Positions 7,686 through 14,627 of a DNA stretch of 14,627 nucleotides are shown here, one piece after another. This DNA is from Candidatus Rokuibacteriota bacterium. Its GTDB lineage: Bacteria; Methylomirabilota; Methylomirabilia; Rokubacteriales; CSP1-6. A model generated the notes under the pieces. It saw only the letters and a list, made by a program, of their open reading frames with translations. It had not been told where the DNA came from and did no database searches. The stretch covers positions 1-14,627 of the forward strand of contig JACPCX010000146.1 in assembly GCA_016184305.1 (NCBI GenBank), written 5' to 3'. The position numbers and the translations under genes are program-made. Position 1 is the stretch's first letter. Each line of letters starts with the position of its first letter.

Positions 7686-7769
7686 GGGCGAGCCGCAGCC
7701 GCAAGGGCGAGGCGAGCGAACCCGGAAGATGGGCGAGCGTGAGCGAGCCTTGGCGAAGCGAGGCGGCCC
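7686..7769 (+). repeat. GCGAGC-rich structured intergenic element (hairpins with tandem G.A pairs)
   Basis: GC-GA-GCC (7688-7694) pairs with GGC-GA-GC (7711-7717) around CC-GCAA-GG. GGC-GA-GC-GTGA-GC-GA-GCC at 7732-7749. GC-GAA-GC at 7753-7759. All folded by eye. Confidence 0.55.
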
Positions 7770-7772
7770 GGC

Positions 7773-9587
7773 TCAGGCGGGGGCGGGGGCTTCCTGGTAC
7801 GGCCGCGCCCGCAGGATCCGGGCGATCTCCTCGCCGTCGAGCGACTCGCGCTCCAGGAGCGCGCGAGCCAGGGCGTGGAGCTTCTCGAGGTTCATCTCCA
7901 GCATGTGCCGGGCGCTCGAGGCGGAGTCCGTCACGATCCGCTTGATCTCGGCGTCGATCAGGATGGCCGTGTCCTCGCTGTAGTCCTTGGGCCGGGACAT
8001 CTCGCGCCCGAGGAAGATGTGCTCCTCGCTCTTCCCGAAGGTGAGCGGTCCCATCTTCTCCGACATGCCCCACTCGCAGACCATCTTGCGCGCCATGTCG
8101 GTGGCCTTCTCGAGGTCGTCGCCGGCGCCGGTGGTCTGCTGCTGGAGGACAATCTCCTCGGCGGCGCGGCCACCCAGCAGGATCGTGATGCGGTTGACGA
8201 GGTACTCCTTGGAGTAGTTGTACTTGTCGTCGGTGGGCAGCTGCTGCGTCAAACCCAGAGCCCGACCGCGAGGAATGATCGTCACCTTGTGGAGGGGATC
8301 GGTGCCCGGCAGGAGATCCGCCACGAGCGCGTGCCCGGCCTCGTGGTAGGCGATGGTCTTCTTCTCGGACTCCGAGATGATCATGGACCGGCGCTCGACT
8401 CCCATGAGCACCTTGTCCTTGGCGTTCTCGAAGTCGATCATCTCCACCGACTTCTTGTCCTGGCGGGCTGCCAGGAGCGCGGCCTCGTTCACGAGATTGG
8501 CGAGGTCCGCGCCCGAGAAGCCGGGCGTGCCGCGGGCCAGCACCTTGAGATCCACGTTGGCCATCAGCGGAATGCGACGGGCATGGACCCTCAGGATCTC
8601 CTCGCGCCCCTTCACGTCCGGCCGGGCCACCACCACGTGACGGTCGAATCGGCCGGGCCGCAGGAGCGCCGGATCGAGCACGTCGGGTCGGTTGGTGGCG
8701 GCGATGAGGATCACGCCCTCGTTGGTCTCGAAGCCGTCCATCTCCACGAGGAGCTGGTTGAGGGTCTGCTCGCGCTCGTCGTGGCCGCCGCCGAGGCCCG
8801 CGCCCCGGTGCCGCCCGACCGCGTCGATCTCGTCCATGAAGATGATGCAGGGCGCGTGCTTCTTGCCCTGCTCGAAGAGGTCGCGGACGCGGGAGGCCCC
8901 CACGCCCACGAACATCTCGACGAAATCCGAGCCCGAGATGGAAAAGAAGGGCACGTTCGCCTCGCCGGCGATGGCCTTGGCAAGCAGCGTCTTGCCCGTG
9001 CCGGGCGGCCCGACCAGGAGCACGCCCTTCGGGATCTTGCCCCCGAGCTTCTGGAACTTGGGGGGATCCTTCAGGAACTCGATGATCTCCCTGAGCTCCT
9101 CCTTCGCCTCCTCCACGCCCGCCACGTCCTGGAAGGTGATCTTGTTCTGCTTCTCCGAGATCAACCGGGCGCGGGCCTTGCCGAAGGAGAGCGCCTTGGC
9201 GCCCCCTCCCTGCATCTGGCGCATGAAGAAGATCCACACGCCAATGAAGAGCAGCATGGGCACCCACTGCAGGAAGATCGCGAAGTACCCTGGGGCGCCG
9301 TCCATCGCCTTCACGCTGATCCGGACGCCCCGGTCCTTGAGGGTCTTGATCAGATCGGGGTAGTCCGCTGTGGTGGTCCTGAAGGCCTCGCCGCTGGCCA
9401 GCTTGCCGGTCACGGCATTGCCTCGGAGGATCACCTCGCGCACCTCGCCCGTCTCGACCTTCTTGAGGAAGTCGGAGAAGACGACCTCGTCGCGAGGGGA
9501 CTCCTTGGCCTGGAAGAGGTTGAACAGGAGGATGACGATCAGGCCGATGACCATCCAGAGCGCGAGGTTCTTGTAAAACGGGTTCAT
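7773..9587 (-). CDS. ftsH: ATP-dependent zinc metalloprotease FtsH
   Basis: Two TM segments, Walker A GPPGTGKT, Walker B IIFMDEID, second region of homology [20 protein letters not shown], zinc motif HEAGH. Confidence 0.99.
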   Translation of the reverse strand: MNPFYKNLALWMVIGLIVILLFNLFQAKESPRDEVVFSDFLKKVETGEVREVILRGNAVTGKLASGEAFRTTTADYPDLIKTLKDRGVRISVKAMDGAPGYFAIFLQWVPMLLFIGVWIFFMRQMQGGGAKALSFGKARARLISEKQNKITFQDVAGVEEAKEELREIIEFLKDPPKFQKLGGKIPKGVLLVGPPGTGKTLLAKAIAGEANVPFFSISGSDFVEMFVGVGASRVRDLFEQGKKHAPCIIFMDEIDAVGRHRGAGLGGGHDEREQTLNQLLVEMDGFETNEGVILIAATNRPDVLDPALLRPGRFDRHVVVARPDVKGREEILRVHARRIPLMANVDLKVLARGTPGFSGADLANLVNEAALLAARQDKKSVEMIDFENAKDKVLMGVERRSMIISESEKKTIAYHEAGHALVADLLPGTDPLHKVTIIPRGRALGLTQQLPTDDKYNYSKEYLVNRITILLGGRAAEEIVLQQQTTGAGDDLEKATDMARKMVCEWGMSEKMGPLTFGKSEEHIFLGREMSRPKDYSEDTAILIDAEIKRIVTDSASSARHMLEMNLEKLHALARALLERESLDGEEIARILRARPYQEAPAPA

Positions 9588-9596
9588 CGTGCAAAA

Positions 9597-9605
9597 AGTA
9601 TAGCA
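9597..9605 (-). promoter_or_regulatory. Extended -10 promoter element for ftsH
   Basis: Minus strand TG-C-TATACT (9605-9597), near consensus TGnTATAAT, then TTTTGCACG and the ATG at 9587. No Shine-Dalgarno sequence in between. Confidence 0.65.
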
Positions 9606-9626
9606 TACGGCCGCTGAGGGGGCCGG

Positions 9627-10163
9627 TCACGCCCGGGGCGGGGGCTCGAGCACGTGGATGTCGGGCAGGCTGCGGTAGAGCCCTCCGAAGTCGAACCCGT
9701 AGCCGACCACGAAGCGGTCCGGAATCGCGAAGCCCACGTAGTCGAGCTTCACGTCCACCTCGCGCCGCTCGATCTTGTCCAGCAGCACGCACACCGAGAG
9801 GCTCTTCGGACGGCGAGTCGCGAAGTTGCGCCGGAGGTAGCCGAGCGTCCGGCCCGAGTCGACGATGTCCTCCACGATGATCACATCCCGGCCCTCGATG
9901 GACACCGACAGGTCGGCTGTCAGCCGGACGGCGCCGGAGGACCTTGTGGTCGCCCCGTACGAGGAGACCCCCATGAAGTCGATGCCGATGGGGGCCGGGA
10001 TGGCGCGGATCAGGTCCGCCAGGAAGATCACCGCCCCCTTGAGCACCCCGACCAGGAGCGGGTTCCTGGCGGCGAAGTCGCGGCCGATCGCCCGCCCCAG
10101 GTCGGCCGTGCGGGCCGCGATCTCCTCGCGGGGAATCAGGACCCGGCCCGCGCGGTGCTCCAT
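9627..10163 (-). CDS. hpt: Hypoxanthine phosphoribosyltransferase
   Basis: VGVLKGAVIFLADL, VSSYG, PRPP-binding IIVEDIVDSGRTL, LLDK, FVVGYGFD. Confidence 0.97.
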   Translation of the reverse strand: MEHRAGRVLIPREEIAARTADLGRAIGRDFAARNPLLVGVLKGAVIFLADLIRAIPAPIGIDFMGVSSYGATTRSSGAVRLTADLSVSIEGRDVIIVEDIVDSGRTLGYLRRNFATRRPKSLSVCVLLDKIERREVDVKLDYVGFAIPDRFVVGYGFDFGGLYRSLPDIHVLEPPPRA

Positions 10164-10190
10164 GGCGGCGGCCTCTCGGCTTCGGCCGGG

Positions 10191-10829
10191 CTAGTTCGTG
10201 GTCACGTAGGTGGCCAGTGACCGTTCCGCGCGGAGCCGCTCGGCCACCCGCTCCGCCTCGGCCCGCGCCTTGAACGACCCCACGCGGACCCGGTAGCGCG
10301 CCTGACCGTCGTCCGCCGTCAATGCGCTGACCTGGACGGGGAACCCGGCCTCGATGAGACCTCGCTGCACGGCGTCGGCCTGCTTGCGATTCTTGAAGGC
10401 CCCGACCTGCACCGTCCACTCGGGAGCACCATCGGCGGCCATCGGCTTGTCTTCGACCGCGGCAGCCACCTCGGCCGCGGGTTTGGCGTCCGGTTTCGGC
10501 CTGGCCTCCGGCTTGCTCTTGTCCTCGGGCTGGGCCTTGGCCTGGGAGGTCGCGGGGCCCAGCGGCGCCGTGAGGGTCTGGTAGAAGGTGAGCTTGTCCT
10601 GGACCCCCTTCGGCTTGTCGCTCTCCCCCCCCCCGAGCCCGATTCGCCGCGGCGCCACGGCGCCCTTCCTGGGGGTCTCGACGGTCGCGACCTGGGGGCC
10701 AGGGCGGGTCCACTGTCGTCCCACGAGCATGCCCAGAGTGAAGGTGAGGCCGAGGATCACCACCGCCGCAGCAACGACGCCGGCGCGCTGGAAGAATCCC
10801 GATCCAGTGCCCGATCCGTTACGCGTCAT
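10191..10829 (-). CDS. SPOR-domain membrane protein (FtsN/DedD-like cell division protein)
   Basis: N-terminal TM segment (VVAAAVVILGLTFTLGMLVG), KLTFYQTL motif, Pro/Lys/Ala-rich linker, C-terminal SPOR domain (WTVQVGAFKNRKQAD...YRVRVGSFKARAEAE). Follows argS, a common arrangement. Confidence 0.88.
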   Translation of the reverse strand: MTRNGSGTGSGFFQRAGVVAAAVVILGLTFTLGMLVGRQWTRPGPQVATVETPRKGAVAPRRIGLGGGESDKPKGVQDKLTFYQTLTAPLGPATSQAKAQPEDKSKPEARPKPDAKPAAEVAAAVEDKPMAADGAPEWTVQVGAFKNRKQADAVQRGLIEAGFPVQVSALTADDGQARYRVRVGSFKARAEAERVAERLRAERSLATYVTTN

Positions 10830-10856
10830 CGAATGCCTCGCACGCCTCGGCTCGCA

Positions 10857-12524
10857 CTACATGCTCTCTGGCGCCGACACGCCGAGGAGGCCGAGGCCGC
10901 TGCGCACCACCTGGCCCACGGCCGCGCACAGGCCGAGCCGCGCCAGGCTGAGCGGCCGGTCCTCGGTGAGGATCCGGTGCGCCTTGTAGTACGGGTGAAA
11001 GATCCCCGCCAGCTCGCTGAGGTAGTAGGCGATCCGGTGCGGCTCCCGAGCGCGGGCGGCCCCGGCCACCAGCTCGGGGTACTGGAGCAAGCGCTTGATG
11101 ATCGTCTGCTCCTCGGGCCGCACGAGACGACCGAAGTCCACCTCGCCCCATGGCGGCACGGCGACACCCTGCTGGGCGGCGGTCCTGAAGAGGCTCGTGA
11201 CGCGCGCGTGAGCGTACTGGACGTAGAAGACCGGGTTGTCCGCGCTCTGGCGCGTGGCCACGGCCAGGTCGAACTCCAGCGGGCTGTCGTGGCGCCGCGT
11301 GAGGAAGGTGAAGCGGGCGGCGTCCCGTCCGACTTCCTCGAGCAATTCCTCCATGAGCACGAACTCCCCCCGCCGCTTGGACATCCGGACCGGCTGGCCG
11401 TCGCGCAGCAGGGTCACGAGCTGGACGATGAGGACGTCGAAGGCCTCCTCGGGATGGCCCAGGGCCGTCATCGCGGCCTTGAGCCGCGGGATGTAGCCGT
11501 GGTGGTCGGGCCCCAGGAGATCGATCACGCAGTCCACCTCGGCGAACTTGCCGAAGTGGTGAAAGCCGATGTCCACGGCGAAGTAAGTGAGGTCCCCGTC
11601 CGACTTCCTCAGCACGCGATCCTTGTCGTCCCCGAGGGTGGTCGCGCGGAACCAGAGGGCGCCCGCCTCCTCGTAGATGAAGTCCGCGGCGCGCAGGTCG
11701 TCGATGGCTCGCTCCGGGAGCCCGGCGGCGCGCACATCGGCCGCCTCGTAGGTCCACCGGTCGAAGGCGGTGCCGTACTCCTCGAGGACGCGGCGCTGGG
11801 CGGCGACCATCGTGTCCACCGCCAGCCGGCCGAGCCGCTCGAGTCGCTCCCCCGCCGGGAGCAACAGCACCGCGCGGGCGCCGATCGGGTCCCGCGCGAG
11901 GTAGTCCTGCGCCAGGTCCACGAGGTACTCGCCGGGATAGGCATTCTCGGGCAATTCGGCCGACTCGCCCAGCGCCTGACGCAGCCGCACCTCCATCGAG
12001 GCGGCGAGGGCCTGGAACTGGGTCCCCGCGTCGTTGACGTAGTACTGGCACTCGACCCGGAAGCCCTGGGAGCGGAGGATGCGCGCCAGGGCATCCCCGA
12101 CTGCGGCGGCACGGGCGTTGACGATGATCAGCGGCCCCGTGGGATTGGCCGAGACGAACTCGATCCGGTAGCGGCGCCCGCGGCCCAGGTCGCTCTGCCC
12201 GTAGCCCTCGCCGGCGAGGAGGATCTCCCGCAGCGCCTCGGCGCACCACTGCGGCGCGAGGAAGACGTTGAGGAAGCCCGGCCCTGCGATCTCGACTCGC
12301 TCGATGGCCGGCAGCGCGGGCAGGTGCTTGACGATGGCCTCGGCCACCTGGCGCGGCGGTCGGCGCGCCGGCCTGGCGAGCGTCATGGCCACGTTCGTCG
12401 CGTAATCGCCGTGCCCGGCCTCACGGGGAATTTCCCAGGCGACGGCCTCCGGCGCGGGCAGCGCCGCCGCGTGGAGCGCAGTCTTGACCGCCCCGGCGAG
12501 AAGTTCCGTCACGTTGAGCGCCAT
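10857..12524 (-). CDS. argS: Arginine--tRNA ligase with a non-canonical HIGH motif
   Basis: HGDYATNVAM, IAGPGFLN, IEFVSANPTGPL, YYVNDAG, GPDHHGY, RMSKRRG, NPVFYVQYAHAR, LGVSAPESM. Confidence 0.96.
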   Translation of the reverse strand: MALNVTELLAGAVKTALHAAALPAPEAVAWEIPREAGHGDYATNVAMTLARPARRPPRQVAEAIVKHLPALPAIERVEIAGPGFLNVFLAPQWCAEALREILLAGEGYGQSDLGRGRRYRIEFVSANPTGPLIIVNARAAAVGDALARILRSQGFRVECQYYVNDAGTQFQALAASMEVRLRQALGESAELPENAYPGEYLVDLAQDYLARDPIGARAVLLLPAGERLERLGRLAVDTMVAAQRRVLEEYGTAFDRWTYEAADVRAAGLPERAIDDLRAADFIYEEAGALWFRATTLGDDKDRVLRKSDGDLTYFAVDIGFHHFGKFAEVDCVIDLLGPDHHGYIPRLKAAMTALGHPEEAFDVLIVQLVTLLRDGQPVRMSKRRGEFVLMEELLEEVGRDAARFTFLTRRHDSPLEFDLAVATRQSADNPVFYVQYAHARVTSLFRTAAQQGVAVPPWGEVDFGRLVRPEEQTIIKRLLQYPELVAGAARAREPHRIAYYLSELAGIFHPYYKAHRILTEDRPLSLARLGLCAAVGQVVRSGLGLLGVSAPESM

Positions 12525-12538
12525 GCCTTGGATATTGA

Positions 12539-12577
12539 GACAAGAATCGCCGCGCGTGGCGGCGACAAGTCATGATA
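12539..12577 (-). promoter_or_regulatory. Candidate -10 box plus hairpin in the cobQ-argS spacer
   Basis: Minus strand TATCAT (12577-12572), then hairpin TCGCCGC-CACGC-GCGGCGA (12565-12547) followed by TTCTTGT. CTTGTC occurs twice (12569-12564 and 12544-12539). Confidence 0.35.
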
Positions 12578-12605
12578 CCGCCCGGCTCCACCACCGACGA
12601 AGAAA

Positions 12606-14096
12606 TTAGATCCCGAGCAGGCGTAGGAGGCGGGGCAGGCCGATGGCGGCCTCGAGGGCGTCGGCGAGCCGATCGTAGGCGGCCTGGCGTTCGGCGCGGT
12701 GGTCCTCGGCAGGGCGAGCCGGCACCGCCACGCTCCCGCGCGCCCACCGGCAGACCCGCGCGCGCGCGGCCGCCGACTCGAAGAGCCCGTGCAGGTACGT
12801 CCCGAGGACCCGCCCGTCGGGGCTGGTCCAGCCGTCGAGAGAGGCCGGAACCGGGCTTCCGGCCGAGACCTCGAAGGCCGGGCGCCCCGCCCCCTCGATC
12901 AGGGTCTCCCCCATGTGGATCTCGTACGCTTCCAGCTCGGGCCCGTCGGGAAACCAGCGCGCGCGGACGCGCCGGGTCGTCTTCCGGCGCCCCAGCACCG
13001 TGCGCACCGGAAGCAGACCGAGCCCGGCCTCGCTCCCGCCGCTCTCGACGCCTCGCGGATCGGCGATCGACCGTCCCAGCATCTGGTACCCACCGCAGAT
13101 GCCCAGGATGGTCCCGCCGCGCTGCGCGTGGGCGCGCACCACTCGGTCGAAGCCCCGGGCTTTGAGGACGCGCAGGTCGGCGATGGTGTCCTTGGAGCCC
13201 GGCAGGATCAGGAGCTGCGCGCCCGCGAGGTCACCGGGACGCTCCGCATAGACGATCCTCACGCCAGGCTCACTCGGGAGCGGCGCGAAGTCCGTGAAGT
13301 TGGCGATGCGGGGGAGCCGGACGATGCCGATGACGAGATCGGCCGGATCTCGCGCTCGGGCGCCGTCGACGCCTACCGAGTCCTCCTCGGGGAGCCCGAG
13401 CCCGTGGAGATAGGGCACGACGCCCAGCACCGGCGTCGCGGTCCGCCGCTCGAGATCGCGAAGGGCCCCGGTGAGAAGGGAGCGCTCGCCGCGGAACTTG
13501 TTGATGACGAAGCCCGCGACCCGTCGCCGATCCGCCGCGGGCAGGAGCATCATGGTCCCCACCAAGCTCGCGAAGACGCCGCCGCGGTCGATGTCGCCGA
13601 CGATCAGCACCTTCGCCCTGGCGAGCCTGGCCACGCGCATGTTCGCGAGGTCGCGCCGCATGAGATTGGGCTCTGCGGGGCTCCCTGCGCCCTCGATGAG
13701 CATCACGTCGGCGCCGCGGGCCAGCCTCCCGTACGCCTCCGCGATCCGCGGCCACAGCGTGGGGCCGAGCCGGTAGTACTCCCCGGCCCCGCAGGTGCCC
13801 CGCACCCGACCGAGCACGACCACCTGGCTTCGCAGGTCCCCCGAGGGCTTCAGCAGGACCGGGTTCATCTCGGCCCTCGGCGGCACGCCGGCGGCCTCGG
13901 CCTGCATCGCCTGGGCCCACCCCATCTCCTTGCCATCGCCGGTCACCCAGGCGTTGAGCGACATGTTCTGGGACTTGAAGGGCAGCACCCGCAAGCCCTG
14001 CCGCGCCAGGAGGCGGCAGAGGCCGGCCACGAGGACGGTCTTGCCGGCATGGGAGCTTGTCCCCTGGAGCATGAGGGCGGGAGTCCGGCCGCTCAT
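12606..14096 (-). CDS. cobQ: Cobyric acid synthase (CobQ/CbiP)
   Basis: From ATG at 14096 (ATGA overlap with cbiB): [64 protein letters not shown], glutaminase [22 protein letters not shown]. Confidence 0.97.
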   Translation of the reverse strand: MSGRTPALMLQGTSSHAGKTVLVAGLCRLLARQGLRVLPFKSQNMSLNAWVTGDGKEMGWAQAMQAEAAGVPPRAEMNPVLLKPSGDLRSQVVVLGRVRGTCGAGEYYRLGPTLWPRIAEAYGRLARGADVMLIEGAGSPAEPNLMRRDLANMRVARLARAKVLIVGDIDRGGVFASLVGTMMLLPAADRRRVAGFVINKFRGERSLLTGALRDLERRTATPVLGVVPYLHGLGLPEEDSVGVDGARARDPADLVIGIVRLPRIANFTDFAPLPSEPGVRIVYAERPGDLAGAQLLILPGSKDTIADLRVLKARGFDRVVRAHAQRGGTILGICGGYQMLGRSIADPRGVESGGSEAGLGLLPVRTVLGRRKTTRRVRARWFPDGPELEAYEIHMGETLIEGAGRPAFEVSAGSPVPASLDGWTSPDGRVLGTYLHGLFESAAARARVCRWARGSVAVPARPAEDHRAERQAAYDRLADALEAAIGLPRLLRLLGI

Positions 14097-14627
14097 CGAA
14101 GGGTGGCCAGCGTGAGCGCGGCCGCCGCGAGGCAGAGCCCGCACGCCCAGCGCGCGACCGCAAGGGCCCGCTCGATGTCCGCGGCATCGGGAGCCGGTCC
14201 CGCGCCAAGCCGGTAGTGGCCGTGCTTGGTGAGCGTCACGCCGAGGGCGCCCGCCATGGCGGCCATGGTCTGCCCCGCATTGGGGCTCGTGGTGAGACCG
14301 CCATCGCGCCGCATGGTTCGCCACGCCCCCCGACCCGACTCGCCGGCGCACCACGCCCCGGCCACGAGCGCCGCCGCCGCGAGGCGCGCGGGCAGCAGGT
14401 TGAGCGCGTCGTCGAGCCGCGCGGCGAACTTGCCGAGATGCTCGAGCCGGCCGCGGCGGTAGCCGATCATCGCGTCGGCCGTGTTCACCGTCCGGTAGGC
14501 CCAGGCCGCCGGCAGGCCGCCGATGGCAAAGAAGCCCAGCGGCGCCACCACGCTGTCCGTGAGGTTCTCGGCCAGCGACTCGACCGCGGCCGAGGCGACG
14601 GCCCCTTCATCCAGATCCCCCGTGGGC
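14093..14627 (-). CDS. cbiB: Adenosylcobinamide-phosphate synthase CbiB/CobD, 5' part outside the window
   Basis: The frame of ORF 14093..14551 stays open to the window edge: ...[18 protein letters not shown]...[15 protein letters not shown]...[18 protein letters not shown]...SPNAG...[10 protein letters not shown]. Confidence 0.95.
   Translation of the reverse strand, partial: PTGDLDEGAVASAAVESLAENLTDSVVAPLGFFAIGGLPAAWAYRTVNTADAMIGYRRGRLEHLGKFAARLDDALNLLPARLAAAALVAGAWCAGESGRGAWRTMRRDGGLTTSPNAGQTMAAMAGALGVTLTKHGHYRLGAGPAPDAADIERALAVARWACGLCLAAAALTLATLR

Noticed and set aside
7686..7769. CRISPR array or intrinsic terminator reading of the ftsH-folP spacer
   Set aside because: No regular repeat-spacer period, no cas genes, and no U-tract after a stem on the coding strand.
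7573..10713. 1046-aa minus-strand ORF overlapping SPOR, hpt and ftsH in another frame
   Set aside because: Arg/Gly/Pro/Ala-rich with no motifs; long stop-free alternative frames are expected from strong GC codon bias.
4479..14216. Long plus-strand ORFs (4479..6308, 7875..9617, 10833..12575, 12699..14216)
   Set aside because: They mirror well-supported minus-strand genes and have no recognisable domains.
14097..14354. N-terminal extension of CobQ in the ORF track
   Set aside because: Overlaps cbiB in another frame; CobQ motifs start right after ATG 14096.

Overview
A GC-rich bacterial housekeeping region in which every supportable gene lies on the minus strand. In transcription order: cbiB (5'-truncated), cobQ, argS, SPOR-domain protein, hpt, ftsH, folP, cdaA (dacA), cdaR (ybbR), glmM, acpS, an uncharacterised lipoprotein with metallo-amidohydrolase-like motifs, nnr, tsaE, a possible 58-aa membrane peptide, and radC (3'-truncated; missed by the ORF track, translated by hand). 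The gene order resembles the ftsH-folP-cdaA-cdaR-glmM-(pdxJ)-acpS-nnr-tsaE cluster of diderm lineages such as Desulfobacterota, Nitrospirota and Methylomirabilota/Rokubacteria; the taxonomy is an inference only. I see no mobile element, CRISPR array, rRNA or tRNA, and no clear new multi-gene system. The most interesting features are smaller: an ArgRS whose HIGH motif reads IIVN, a divergent FolP (STAPY and DPGIGFF motifs), the inserted lipoprotein, a strand-asymmetric tandem-GA hairpin element after ftsH, a REP-like palindrome where pdxJ usually sits, and promoter-like boxes 7-9 nt before four start codons, suggesting leaderless mRNAs.
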